A DNA stretch of 64,000 nucleotides from a virus (lineage: Duplodnaviria > Caudoviricetes), in the IMG/VR virus record IMGVR_UViG_3300021376_000006; one strand, 5' to 3'. Shown here piece by piece: positions 18,141-27,906 of this stretch (the first letter of the stretch is position 1; each line of letters starts with the position of its first letter). Under the pieces are notes generated by a model. It saw nothing but the letters and a program-made list of their open reading frames with translations, was not told the origin of the DNA and ran no database searches. The position numbers were made by a program, and so were the translations under genes.

Positions 18141-18610
18141 TTTTCTGGATGTTCAGGTTGAAATGGTGCCTCCTTGCCGCCAAAGCCGGGAGTTACTGAT
18201 GCTACAAAACTTGGAACATCGCCAAACGGTGCTGCCGATGCTGCTGCTATTGTTGCGCCAAATCCACTTGGTGCCGTTGCCACTGGTGGTGGAGGTGGAG
18301 GTGGTGGTGGAGTATATGGCTTATTAGCAGCATCTAGTGCCTTGGCTCTAAGATCCTTATCGTCACCGGCTAACATAATACCACTCAGTGTGCCTGTTAA
18401 GAATGTAGCAATAGGAATAATAAGTTCAAAAAACTTGTTATCTACTGGGCTCATTCCGTTCATTGGTTGCGTAACAAAAATCAGACTGTATAGTACAACA
18501 AACACAATACCAAATAGCGTACATCCTAAAACAATACCAATAAAGAATTTGAGTCTAGCATTTAGTTCTTCTGTGGTATATCTCTCTTGGCTGAATAACT
18601 CATTAATCAT
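18137..18610 (-). CDS. Two-TM membrane protein with poly-Pro tail
   Basis: 157 aa, PPPPPPP stretch. Confidence 0.65.
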   Translation of the reverse strand: MINELFSQERYTTEELNARLKFFIGIVLGCTLFGIVFVVLYSLIFVTQPMNGMSPVDNKFFELIIPIATFLTGTLSGIMLAGDDKDLRAKALDAANKPYTPPPPPPPPPVATAPSGFGATIAAASAAPFGDVPSFVASVTPGFGGKEAPFQPEHPEK

Positions 18611-18849
18611 TTACAATCTCCTTTTCGTGGTGCCTGTGGTGCAGGCTGTAAGTTTGGGTTTCCTAATGCGCCTCCTACCTTATCTTTTTCATAAGGAGTT
18701 AGATCTTCTGGGCAGGTGCCATTGGCGCTACAATAGGGTTTTGTACATTCTTTCTTTTCCCAATTATCCGGGTCTTGGCAAGGATACCGATAGTTTTCCG
18801 AGCAAGCCACTAATAATTGTAATAGTATTAGTAGTGACACGTATTTCAT
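18607..18849 (-). CDS. Cys-rich lipoprotein
   Basis: Lipobox LVAC; RYPCQDP..C..P.C...GTCP. Confidence 0.7.
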   Translation of the reverse strand: MKYVSLLILLQLLVACSENYRYPCQDPDNWEKKECTKPYCSANGTCPEDLTPYEKDKVGGALGNPNLQPAPQAPRKGDCK

Positions 18850-19466
18850 TAATGCACTCCTAACACATGTAATGCATGGTTATAGTGTTTAATGCGATCA
18901 TCTAAACCAATGAATCCACCGTTAATTTTACGAGTCATTGTTTTAATGTCGCCTTTGTCAGCTTCGTTATTAAGTTTATTAGTTTCCCAGAACCAGCATG
19001 CTGATTGAGCTGCACCTTCGAAGGTTTGCGTATATTCTGCTGCCTCTTCAGCCGAGATTTCCAATGAGGCTGCAAACCAGGTATAGTTAGTCTTGCCAGT
19101 CAATTGAATTAATCCACGACCACGATATTTGTAACCGTCACCACTTGCTTCGTCGCCATTGCCCATTCTATTAGCATAGATTCTGTTAGCAATTTTTTCT
19201 GGCTTCTTTTCGTATGCTTTAGCAAGACTCATTTCTGTAAAATATTTTGGAAATATCTTCATCAAGCTTTCTGCTTTGTAGTTTAAATTTTCAGTTAAGA
19301 AAACAAAACTACCAGATTCGTGAGCACACTGAGCAATAAATGATGCAATACGCTGAGGTGTATTGATTTCATAATCTGGTAACAGTTGACTCAATGCCTT
19401 GTGCCAATGGTCGATGTATTGATTCTTCGGCAGTAGTTGTTTTAGTTGCTCTTTTGTAAGTTCCAT
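18849..19466 (-). CDS. Glycoside hydrolase family 19 endolysin
   Basis: FIAQCAHESG, ENLNY, YRGRGLIQLTGKTNY, INGG..GL.DR. Confidence 0.9.
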   Translation of the reverse strand: MELTKEQLKQLLPKNQYIDHWHKALSQLLPDYEINTPQRIASFIAQCAHESGSFVFLTENLNYKAESLMKIFPKYFTEMSLAKAYEKKPEKIANRIYANRMGNGDEASGDGYKYRGRGLIQLTGKTNYTWFAASLEISAEEAAEYTQTFEGAAQSACWFWETNKLNNEADKGDIKTMTRKINGGFIGLDDRIKHYNHALHVLGVH

Positions 19467-19530
19467 AAATTGTTGATCCTTTATTTTTTATGTTTTCCGC
19501 CACATATAGGGCAGGCTTCCTCTTGCTGCA

Positions 19531-19797
19531 CTACTTTACCTCTTCAAATATTTTTTTCTGTTTTACATACCATGTATTCCATTCTTCTACTTTTAACGCA
19601 CACTCATAATAGAGTGTGTAATTTTCAACAACTGTGGTATGTAATTCAATTATTGATATTTGGTCCCCGCTGAGTATTTTTAATTCTTCACATTTTTCCG
19701 TAAGAGATTTTGGAGCCTGAGGGAACTTTGCTGTAACTGGTACAGTAGTCGAACAACCTACTAATAAAGCTAATACAATCGCGTAAATAATTTTCAT
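19531..19797 (-). CDS. Putative o-spanin (lipoprotein)
   Basis: Lipobox LVGC, Pro-containing mature N-terminus, overlaps i-spanin stop. Confidence 0.65.
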   Translation of the reverse strand: MKIIYAIVLALLVGCSTTVPVTAKFPQAPKSLTEKCEELKILSGDQISIIELHTTVVENYTLYYECALKVEEWNTWYVKQKKIFEEVK

Positions 19798-20309
19798 TTT
19801 TTCTCCGCTGCTTTATTGTGTTCTTCAACTATAATTCGTGGAACAGGGCAGTTTTTAAGTGCATCCTGTAATTCTTGTTGTTTAGCCTTAAAAACCTTGC
19901 GCTCTTCTTCGCTCATGTCTTTTACTATTTCAACAGTATCTCCTTTAACCAGGCGATTGACATATTCAATTTGAATCTTGCCTTTTTCTCTGATTACCCG
20001 GGTTTTTTCAACTACACGAGTTTCTATTTCTGTGTTTGCCTGCTGTGATTTTTGTTCAGCCAGGCGCACTTTTTCTTCCATTTCTGCTACACGGGCTCTC
20101 CATAACATTTCGTTACTGTAGCCACCATACCAGTAGATACCAGCGATAAGCAATAGAACACTACCTATCTGAATCCATTTTCTATAGATATTTAGGAAAG
20201 GAACGAATGTAATGAACCAGCTGGCACCTAAGCCAACTAGTCCAGCACCCATTAAACAATAGGTAAAGAAGAGTATTAAACTGTCAGGTAATAAATGTAA
20301 AATCCACAT
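19794..20309 (-). CDS. Putative i-spanin
   Basis: N-terminal TM segments followed by a periplasmic coiled coil and C-terminal Cys. Confidence 0.65.
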   Translation of the reverse strand: MWILHLLPDSLILFFTYCLMGAGLVGLGASWFITFVPFLNIYRKWIQIGSVLLLIAGIYWYGGYSNEMLWRARVAEMEEKVRLAEQKSQQANTEIETRVVEKTRVIREKGKIQIEYVNRLVKGDTVEIVKDMSEEERKVFKAKQQELQDALKNCPVPRIIVEEHNKAAEKK

Positions 20310-20350
20310 AATATACTGTTAATCGAATCAAAGTATTTATGCAGTTTTGG

Positions 20351-20902
20351 TTATAAAATGCCAGCTAAACTGCGTAAAGTTTGAGTGTGATCGTTTTTTG
20401 GTGCTTGAGTTTTTACTGGAATGCCTGCTGCATTACGCATTTCGTCCAATTCTTTTTTGCCAAATTTGGCTTGATAAGCACTTGTGGTCAAAGGCACATA
20501 ATTTCTAATATTGTCTGCGTTAATTTCAATTTTGGTTGGATTCGATCTTACTTGCATGCTCCAATCAGACAGTTTCTGATCAGTAAGATTCATTATATCT
20601 TGTAACATGCTGATAACATTATCTGCAAGCTCTGGTTCTCTATCAGATTCTACGAAAACCAAATAGTCGCCGTCATCAAGTTCACCAGAACTAACGTCCG
20701 CATCAAGGACCCAATCGTATCCCTTTTCAATGAAGTTAACCAAATCCTCAGCTGGTTCTCGTCCGGATACCTTAAAACTAAGCACCACAATATCTTCATC
20801 TTTTCCCATTTTGCTTTTGTATTCATCGATATGCAGTTCTGGATTTACCAATCTAGCAAGATCATTTTGTTCTAGACCTTCATTGATATTATTGTGGGAC
20901 AT
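20351..20902 (-). CDS. Conserved hypothetical protein
   Basis: Likely start MSHNNINEG (AAGGAG SD). Confidence 0.7.
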   Translation of the reverse strand: MSHNNINEGLEQNDLARLVNPELHIDEYKSKMGKDEDIVVLSFKVSGREPAEDLVNFIEKGYDWVLDADVSSGELDDGDYLVFVESDREPELADNVISMLQDIMNLTDQKLSDWSMQVRSNPTKIEINADNIRNYVPLTTSAYQAKFGKKELDEMRNAAGIPVKTQAPKNDHTQTLRSLAGIL

Positions 20903-21440
20903 TTTGGGCTCCTTGTACTGCTCCCATTGGAGCTGCTGAATCTGTCTGATACATTTTCTTGTCAACACCTTGTTCGTATGCCTGTTCAATATCTTCGGCA
21001 TCAATTGTACCAGATTCTAATTCCAAGCTTCCTTGATTGATTTCTTGCATAAGCTTTTTGGGTATTACTATTTCTACTAACCATATAGGTGTTCTGGCCA
21101 TTTTTGGAAACTTTGTGCCAGGCTTAAAATCATTTGGACTTTTAACCTTAATTGGGTATTCTAAATGATCTTTTTTATATTTTATTTCACAACCATAATC
21201 CAATAAACGCTCGCCACCTCTAGGATCCGGCATTTTTTTATATGGCCACATAAATGTACAAGTAATAAAGTACTTTTCGTATTTGGGTCCTTGCACTAAT
21301 TCACCACGTTTCCAGTTTTTAAACGTGTATATATCAAGCTCGTTAATTACTCTTTCAAAATCTAACAAAGAGTTAACAGCACTGTCTGTAAGCGAAATAG
21401 ATTTAATATTTTCTAATACGTCATTTATGTTTGTAGCCAT
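20889..21440 (-). CDS. Conserved hypothetical protein
   Basis: Likely start MATNINDVLE. Confidence 0.7.
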   Translation of the reverse strand: MATNINDVLENIKSISLTDSAVNSLLDFERVINELDIYTFKNWKRGELVQGPKYEKYFITCTFMWPYKKMPDPRGGERLLDYGCEIKYKKDHLEYPIKVKSPNDFKPGTKFPKMARTPIWLVEIVIPKKLMQEINQGSLELESGTIDAEDIEQAYEQGVDKKMYQTDSAAPMGAVQGAQNVPQ

Positions 21441-21789
21441 ATTATTTGGTCCAATATACACTATTTAGCGTATTACAATCCATTTTTCTTAATTTTATAA
21501 TATTGGTATTGGTACATAATAATCTAATAATTTATGAGTACAATGTAACTGATTTTATATGCTGTCGTGACCATATTCAATGATAAGTTTTTTGTATTTC
21601 ATTTAATGAACAACAATGTACGGAATAGATAGAGAACGGTCTAATACTTAGCACAAAAAATAGCAAATAAACACGCAGTTTTAGGTATAAATTTTGCTTC
21701 TTAAATATCTACGTGGACTTGATAAAGAAGATGCCAAGCCCACTAAGGAGCAGGCTATGGCAGATCCACCCATTCTAAAGGAGGTAGTC

Positions 21790-22509
21790 TTGAGCAAACG
21801 CCGTAGAAGCGAAGTAACACAATTGTCTGTAGTGAGTAACATCGATTCATATCAAAAACAACGCCGTACTATCCAACTTATTCCCAAAAGTCTTAACCAA
21901 GAAACTTATATAGATTTATTAGAAAATCCCCAACGCTTAATAGTATTTGCCGCAGGCCCGGCAGGAACAGGCAAAACTATGCTGGCTGTGTTGGCCGCGT
22001 TACAAGCATTTAGATCCGGAGAATGCTCTCGAATTGTTATTACCAGACCCGCAGTAGGTGTTGATGACGAGCAACATGGATTTTTGCCGGGTACACTAAA
22101 TCAAAAGATGGAACCGTGGACTAGACCCATCTTTGATATTATAGAGGAGTATTATCGACCACAAGAGGTACAGCGTCTGCTAGAAGAAAAATATATAGAG
22201 ATTGCTCCACTAGCATACATGCGAGGGCGGACATTTAAAAATTCGTGGATTATTGCAGATGAGATGCAAAACGCGACACCAAGTCAGATGAAGATGCTGC
22301 TTACTCGACTAGGCGAAAACTCTAAGATGGTTGTAACAGGTGACACGCAGCAGGCCGACCGTAGGGCCCAGGACAACGGATTATTGGACTTTCAAATACT
22401 TATTAAGGACTTTGATAGCCAATATATTGCTGGCGTGGAGTTTGCAGTCAAGGATGTTCGTAGACATCCGGCTGTGGCTGAAGTTCTTAAATTATACAGG
22501 GAGGATTAA
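21790..22509 (+). CDS. phoH: PhoH-family ATPase
   Basis: GPAGTGKT, RPAV, LAYMRGRTF, DEMQN, GDTQQAD; TTG start after AAGGAGG (alternative ATG at 21757). Confidence 0.95.
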   Translation: MSKRRRSEVTQLSVVSNIDSYQKQRRTIQLIPKSLNQETYIDLLENPQRLIVFAAGPAGTGKTMLAVLAALQAFRSGECSRIVITRPAVGVDDEQHGFLPGTLNQKMEPWTRPIFDIIEEYYRPQEVQRLLEEKYIEIAPLAYMRGRTFKNSWIIADEMQNATPSQMKMLLTRLGENSKMVVTGDTQQADRRAQDNGLLDFQILIKDFDSQYIAGVEFAVKDVRRHPAVAEVLKLYRED

Positions 22510-22991
22510 TATAGCTGAGACAACGAGTACAAAGTACTATTCAAACTAACATGATGAATGGCGATACCTCCAGCAGCTCGCCATTCATCGATGTTACTTT
22601 GCCTATCATCAATCAAGATATCACCTGGTTGACAATGTTGCCATTTGTCTTTGCTGTACGGACCAAACATAACTGCTATGTTAGGAAAGTGCTGTTGAGC
22701 CCAAACAACTTTATCATAAAAAGACCATTTTACATCGTTCCCTTTGGGAACGGCTGTTAAAAAATACAAATTATATCCCTTAGTAAGTGCGAAATCCTTG
22801 CACTCGGCCACTAATTCATCTGCATAGGAAGTCTTTTTTAGATCTCTGTATAGCCTAGGATTCGCTGCTATTTTATTCCAATGTTCATCTGGATATATGC
22901 CATTATTTCCAGGCAACAATCCGAGAATACCCTCAGCAAATTCATCGAAGTCGGCTATGACTCCGTCCATGTCTAGGTATAGTGTTGTCAT
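22506..22991 (-). CDS. HAD-family 5'(3')-deoxyribonucleotidase
   Basis: YLDMDGVIADF, LIDDRQSN. Confidence 0.85.
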   Translation of the reverse strand: MTTLYLDMDGVIADFDEFAEGILGLLPGNNGIYPDEHWNKIAANPRLYRDLKKTSYADELVAECKDFALTKGYNLYFLTAVPKGNDVKWSFYDKVVWAQQHFPNIAVMFGPYSKDKWQHCQPGDILIDDRQSNIDEWRAAGGIAIHHVSLNSTLYSLSQLY

Positions 22992-23224
22992 TTGTTTTTA
23001 AGTTTTGAATGCACTGCTTGTAAATAAACGGTTTGATTGTTCAATTTGTTTTGCAAACTTCTCACAGTGTCTTTGAGGGTGAATATTTCTTGTTGCATGC
23101 TGGATATTACGCTTTGCTGATCTCTAATTTTTACGTCATGAGTCATTAAATTAGGTCGAGGCGGAGCATTGGGATCAACAGTCCGTTTCTTTTTGGCCTT
23201 CATTGCTCGGAATATATTACTCAT
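22988..23224 (-). CDS. Small coiled-coil protein
   Basis: 78 aa. Confidence 0.7.
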   Translation of the reverse strand: MSNIFRAMKAKKKRTVDPNAPPRPNLMTHDVKIRDQQSVISSMQQEIFTLKDTVRSLQNKLNNQTVYLQAVHSKLKNK

Positions 23225-23546
23225 CTAAGTAATATTTATCGCTGGGCACACTGGGAAATTTAATCGCCACTACCTTGGTATCTTCCAAGTAATGTGCCCG
23301 ATATTCTTCACCGGGTTCATTTACGTAAATATCTCCTGGTCCAAATTCCTCACCGTTGATTACCATACGACCTTCTGTTATTAACTGTACTTCAGTGACT
23401 ATTTTGTGCAGGTGCGGTTTATCTCTGTTTCCAGCTTTATTGGTTTGCCAGCAAATCTCAAAGTTTTTGGTTTTTACTATTGCTTTGGGAAAATTGCCAA
23501 TAAACCATCCCCTTTCCCCAGCATCACTCAGCTTGTACTTTTTCAT
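23217..23546 (-). CDS. Cupin-domain protein
   Basis: Start MKKYKL; HLHKIVTE..GRMVING..PGDI cupin motif. Confidence 0.75.
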   Translation of the reverse strand: MKKYKLSDAGERGWFIGNFPKAIVKTKNFEICWQTNKAGNRDKPHLHKIVTEVQLITEGRMVINGEEFGPGDIYVNEPGEEYRAHYLEDTKVVAIKFPSVPSDKYYLDE

Positions 23547-23886
23547 TGTCCAGTTCAGTCTGCATTTCATCCAACATAGTGTTGAAGTACTCGGCATCAA
23601 GTTTGGCCATTACTTCTGTAATGTATTTGTGGTAGCCTTTGAAAAAGTATTTGAACAGTTCATCAAAGTTCTTGACATTATTGAATGAATTTTTATCAAC
23701 TGTTTTATTTGATAAGTTGAGAATAATCTTGGCTGTGTACAAGTCTTGATTTCGCAATCGAGTTGAAATCTGCACACGTTCATCGTACTGAAAATTTTTA
23801 GGATCCTTCATATAACCTGCAATATGAGTCTTGCGTGGATCTCTAGGTCGTGTTACATATTGTGCTACTAGATAAATGTTTTTCAT
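23524..23886 (-). CDS. Hypothetical protein
   Basis: 120 aa ORF. Confidence 0.7.
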   Translation of the reverse strand: MKNIYLVAQYVTRPRDPRKTHIAGYMKDPKNFQYDERVQISTRLRNQDLYTAKIILNLSNKTVDKNSFNNVKNFDELFKYFFKGYHKYITEVMAKLDAEYFNTMLDEMQTELDNEKVQAE

Positions 23887-24806
23887 TGTATTTGACTCAA
23901 TTCTACCAGTGTGGCGCTGAGATTTATTTCAGGGTCTGCAACTATGGGATGATTCACAATACCTTTTCTAATGGCTAGAATGGCTTGATCATGTTGCTCA
24001 GGAGTAGATCCCCAAAGATCCAAGTTGTCATACATCCAACGAAATAATTCTTCCATTTCTTCAGGAGCAGTGTGTGTACAAAGTAGTGTTCTTGCTTCTC
24101 TAACTCGTCCCTGTTTGAACAGTTCAATCACTTCCAGTTTGTGATCTGCCGATCCCAAACCACTTGAAGTTTTTGACAAGTTGAGTGTGCCAGACAGACT
24201 GTTTGTTTGTAACAGTTTCAAGCAGCTTCTGAGATCAGGATAAGTGGCTTTCACAAAGCTATCTAACGTATCAAGTTCGAACTCAACGCCTTCGTTGAGC
24301 AATATGGTTGCTGCTCTACTGGTAAATTCTGTTTGATCAGACTTATCAATAATGATTTGTTGACATCTTGATTTTAATGGAGCAATAATTTTGTGTGCTA
24401 GATTGGCAGTCAATATGAATCTAGCCTGACTTTGATAAGTTTCCATTAGGCCACGTAGGATGGCCTGTGCGTTGTGACTCAAGTAATCAGCTTCGTCAAG
24501 TAACACAATCTTTAAGTCACCAAACGGCATGGTACTAACAAAGCCTTCAATTTTGCTTTTCAAGAAATCAACACCATTGTCTCGCGACGCATTTACTTGC
24601 AAGAAATCATATGGATCAATGTTTAAACTGTTCACTAGAATTTTGGCCAAGGTTGTTTTACCTGTGCCTGCAGATCCAGTGAATAACAAATGAGGAATGG
24701 ATTTTTCTTGTACAAAGTATTCAATCTGCTCACGTTGTGCGGGGTCAGTGAACACATACCCGTCTAATGTCTGCGGGCGATATTTCTCAGTCCAAAGTTC
24801 TTTCAT
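23883..24806 (-). CDS. Sliding-clamp loader ATPase subunit (T4 gp44/RFC-like)
   Basis: WTEKYRP, GSAGTGKT, NAS, LDEAD, SRC motifs. Confidence 0.92.
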   Translation of the reverse strand: MKELWTEKYRPQTLDGYVFTDPAQREQIEYFVQEKSIPHLLFTGSAGTGKTTLAKILVNSLNIDPYDFLQVNASRDNGVDFLKSKIEGFVSTMPFGDLKIVLLDEADYLSHNAQAILRGLMETYQSQARFILTANLAHKIIAPLKSRCQQIIIDKSDQTEFTSRAATILLNEGVEFELDTLDSFVKATYPDLRSCLKLLQTNSLSGTLNLSKTSSGLGSADHKLEVIELFKQGRVREARTLLCTHTAPEEMEELFRWMYDNLDLWGSTPEQHDQAILAIRKGIVNHPIVADPEINLSATLVELSQIQ

Positions 24807-25000
24807 TTAATCAATTGGCGTAAGTTGTTGAGTGCGCTGGGTGACAATAACAACGTGTATTTTACTTGTTCTTCAGTGCAATTCCTAGCAGTTTCACACT
24901 GAGTGGTTATCTTTAATGATTGATATCCTTCGGGATGATTGGCAGGTGTCAAACTGGCATACATATGGTAACCATTGACATTGCTTAATTCAATTTTCAT
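24803..25000 (-). CDS. Small hypothetical protein
   Basis: Likely start MKIELSN. Confidence 0.6.
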   Translation of the reverse strand: MKIELSNVNGYHMYASLTPANHPEGYQSLKITTQCETARNCTEEQVKYTLLLSPSALNNLRQLIK

Positions 25001-25794
25001 AGATTGTCCTTGTGAATACATACCAAATCTTCGCTTTTGCGATTGAAATCGGCTGGCTCCATTGTGTCAGGATAATGTGCAACATAACCAGCATCATTAA
25101 TTGCATCAAAAAGTTTTTGACTGTCAACAGCACTATAGCCAAAAAACCATTCAGTCAGTAACACAGGTTTGTGCTCGTATAAAAAATCTTGCATGCCGCG
25201 AATAATTTCAATATCATGTCCTTCGGTATCAATTTTCACAAAGCCAATTTTTGATATCTCTTCATCGGTCAAATATTTTTTGCAAAGTTCAACAAAAGTT
25301 AAACCTGCTATGGTAATTGTGTTACCAGTCATACCTTTCACTGTGGCCGCAGTGCCTGCATCCCAATTTTCGTCCAAGATGCCGCCATTGATCATGGCGT
25401 TGTTATGATCTGCAAACACCAAATCTCTTGCCTCTCCATTTGTTACTGCTTCTGTTGCTATAACAAATTTTCCCAGATGACTGTTGGCATCACAATTTTT
25501 TCGTAAAAATGGAAGCATATGTATATTTGGTTCCACGGCCAACACAGTGGCTCTACAAGCTGCCATCATTGGCAAGGCCGTGTCCCCTATATGGGCACCT
25601 ATATCAACACAGGTCATGTCAGGTTTGATCCATTTACCGTAATGATAATCGTTCCAGTACGATGAAAAAACTTGTTCAAAAGGAGGCATCCTATGTAACG
25701 GGTGCTCAAAGTCATACCAGGTGCAATTCTCTTCTACACCGAATTGTGCAAGATCAAGTTCAACTGGATCTTTTAATCGATAATCTGTGTTCAT
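24997..25794 (-). CDS. FkbM-family methyltransferase
   Basis: VDIGAHIGD, VEPN, VKIDTEGHD. Confidence 0.88.
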   Translation of the reverse strand: MNTDYRLKDPVELDLAQFGVEENCTWYDFEHPLHRMPPFEQVFSSYWNDYHYGKWIKPDMTCVDIGAHIGDTALPMMAACRATVLAVEPNIHMLPFLRKNCDANSHLGKFVIATEAVTNGEARDLVFADHNNAMINGGILDENWDAGTAATVKGMTGNTITIAGLTFVELCKKYLTDEEISKIGFVKIDTEGHDIEIIRGMQDFLYEHKPVLLTEWFFGYSAVDSQKLFDAINDAGYVAHYPDTMEPADFNRKSEDLVCIHKDNL

Positions 25795-26213
25795 TCGTAT
25801 TGTTCTCTGGTTTTTCTTTCTGCATGTACTGCTGTGGAAAGAGTGTCTATGTTTTCTGGTTCTTGATCACTTACAAAAATAACAGCTTCAGGATCTGCTC
25901 TACGTATAGTTGTTTCCTTGCCATTTTGAATTATTTTGAGACCTCTGCTCCAACGTCCGTGTTCGACAAGTACCCACTGACCCACACGAACATCTTGTTG
26001 TTCAGGTCCAATAGCATATACTCGCGCCCATCTTGGACGAATACCCTCTGTCTTACCATCGTCTCCTAATAATACTATACCGCTGGCTAATTGTCTACCA
26101 CTGAAATCCATTTCGGTAACAATAATGCTGTTTCGTAAGGGTTTGATTTCTCCATCTATTTTGACGCCAAATTGATACCCTCGTTTTTGATCAAACGGAT
26201 TTTCTAATTTCAT
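25791..26213 (-). CDS. groES: GroES/Cpn10-like co-chaperonin
   Basis: IKPLRNSIIV..SGIVL..VYAIGP..VRVGQWVL. Confidence 0.8.
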   Translation of the reverse strand: MKLENPFDQKRGYQFGVKIDGEIKPLRNSIIVTEMDFSGRQLASGIVLLGDDGKTEGIRPRWARVYAIGPEQQDVRVGQWVLVEHGRWSRGLKIIQNGKETTIRRADPEAVIFVSDQEPENIDTLSTAVHAERKTREQYE

Positions 26214-26225
26214 ATATTCCTCTTG

Positions 26226-26630
26226 TTAAATTCTAGTTGGACCTGTTTTTTTAGATTCTTCTTGTTGTGGTAGTTGTGTTTTTGCTACTGAGCTAGCAAG
26301 ACTGCCTCTAAGAGGCTTAGGCGCAACGGGTTCTTGATTGTGCGAAACAGTTTGCTGCGGCACTACTGGTTCTACCCAATCATCTACCAAATCGCGTTTG
26401 TTTTCTTCTCTAGGAACTGGCACATTATCGGTTGCAACAGGAGTATTTAATTTGTAGTAGTCTGCCATAACACGTTCTCTGGTGCGTTCGATTCTACCAC
26501 CGGGACCTAATTCATCGCCCCTAGCATTTACTCGCATGTTACCAACTGCAATCGATTCTTCATTTTGTGACACAATTGCATCAATGTTAATTCTTTTACC
26601 ATTTGCTGTTTTATATACTCTTTTACTCAC
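26226..26630 (-). CDS. Conserved hypothetical protein
   Basis: 134 aa; upstream TAAATA box and AGGAG. Confidence 0.7.
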   Translation of the reverse strand: MSKRVYKTANGKRINIDAIVSQNEESIAVGNMRVNARGDELGPGGRIERTRERVMADYYKLNTPVATDNVPVPREENKRDLVDDWVEPVVPQQTVSHNQEPVAPKPLRGSLASSVAKTQLPQQEESKKTGPTRI

Positions 26631-26652
26631 TAGTTTCTCCTTGTGCCGATAT

Positions 26653-27165
26653 TTATCGCAAGAATTCGGTAATATCTAAATCATAATACATGCTGTTAAT
26701 TCTATGTACACCTATTAAGTATAACACATAACTGGCAACACTGGACCCGCGACCGACCCCCCACACGACATTATTTTTTCGCCATGTGTCTACAACATAT
26801 TTCAATTGTTTCAGCAATGGAAAAAGATCGCGTTCTTGAAATAACAAAAGTTCTTGCCCCACACGTTGTAACTCCTCCTGTGTTTTGCATTGATCTAATA
26901 ACCAATTGGCAATGTCCATATTGATATATTCTTCTGGCATGTGCCACACGCTTTGATTAGCAGAATCAAATTTTTTAATATCTAATTCATCTGCACCATA
27001 AAATTTTAGTGCAGCAAAATCTGCATAAAAGGCTTTGATTGCATCGTTATACTGCTGTGGATCTGTAACTAATATTTTTGATATATCAAGATCAGGATTG
27101 CCGTATAACAAGTTGCACAAGTCATCTGTATTTGCGTAAGCTCTACCCAATGTATCATACTTCAT
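26653..27165 (-). CDS. Stand-alone fragment resembling DNA Pol III alpha (DnaE) pre-catalytic region
   Basis: WGVGRGSSVASYVLYLIGVHRINS; ends before PDID. Confidence 0.7.
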   Translation of the reverse strand: MKYDTLGRAYANTDDLCNLLYGNPDLDISKILVTDPQQYNDAIKAFYADFAALKFYGADELDIKKFDSANQSVWHMPEEYINMDIANWLLDQCKTQEELQRVGQELLLFQERDLFPLLKQLKYVVDTWRKNNVVWGVGRGSSVASYVLYLIGVHRINSMYYDLDITEFLR

Positions 27166-27398
27166 TGTATATCAATGATTCCTTTGAACTTGTCGTTTTT
27201 TTCTTCCATTTCTTGCATAATTTTTCTATTACGTGCATCCATTTCGTATTTGTAGTTTTCAATAATCATTTGCATTTGTGGAATAATACTCACTGGGCCA
27301 AATCGATAGGCCTGATTTAATTTTTGAACCAATTCGTTGTATTTTTTGTGCAAATCTTCAGTTGACAGATTAGATAAATCTAGTACCAATGGATGCAT
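27162..27398 (-). CDS. Small hypothetical protein
   Basis: 78 aa. Confidence 0.7.
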   Translation of the reverse strand: MHPLVLDLSNLSTEDLHKKYNELVQKLNQAYRFGPVSIIPQMQMIIENYKYEMDARNRKIMQEMEEKNDKFKGIIDIQ

Positions 27399-27406
27399 AT
27401 TACCTC

Positions 27407-27841
27407 CTACAAATCTCCAGCCTGCCTATTTTCAGAATAGTGAACATCAAACGCACCACCTGGATATCGGGCTTTTAATTTATTTACGTTTTCCGCAATG
27501 ACGTCATTTGGATCTAGACCAAGTGCGCGGCATGCATTTATCCAATACCACATGATATCACCCAGTTCCCGTTTCATGTGAAATACATTTTCCTCAGTCA
27601 ATGGCTTGCCTTGAAAATAAATCTTTTTGGGAATCTCACAAAATTCACCTGTTTCGGCTGCAAGTCCTAGAGCTGCAGTTAGCAGTAGTGGCACGTTGAT
27701 ATCAGGACCATGTGTATCTGTGTTGTAATCAAAGTTGCCGTCTAAATAGTCCAAACGGTTCATAAAACTGGTAAGATCGTTTGATGGTTGGCTGGTCACT
27801 GCTTCAACAAAATCTTTATACTTGTTTAAGTCAACTGTCAT
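27407..27841 (-). CDS. mazG: MazG-like NTP pyrophosphohydrolase
   Basis: GLAAETGEF..KK..RELGDIMWY..NVNKLKARYP. Confidence 0.88.
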   Translation of the reverse strand: MTVDLNKYKDFVEAVTSQPSNDLTSFMNRLDYLDGNFDYNTDTHGPDINVPLLLTAALGLAAETGEFCEIPKKIYFQGKPLTEENVFHMKRELGDIMWYWINACRALGLDPNDVIAENVNKLKARYPGGAFDVHYSENRQAGDL

Positions 27842-27846
27842 AAAAA

Positions 27847-27891
27847 ACTCCTGGATAGCATAATTATAAACTATGCAACGCCAGGAGTCAA
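27847..27891 (-). promoter_or_regulatory. Overlapping terminator hairpin, sigma70 promoter and mazG SD
   Basis: ACTCCTGG/CCAGGAGT + T6; TTGACT-17-TATAAT lies inside. Confidence 0.65.
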
Positions 27892-27906
27892 TAATGTTTG
27901 GTTATT

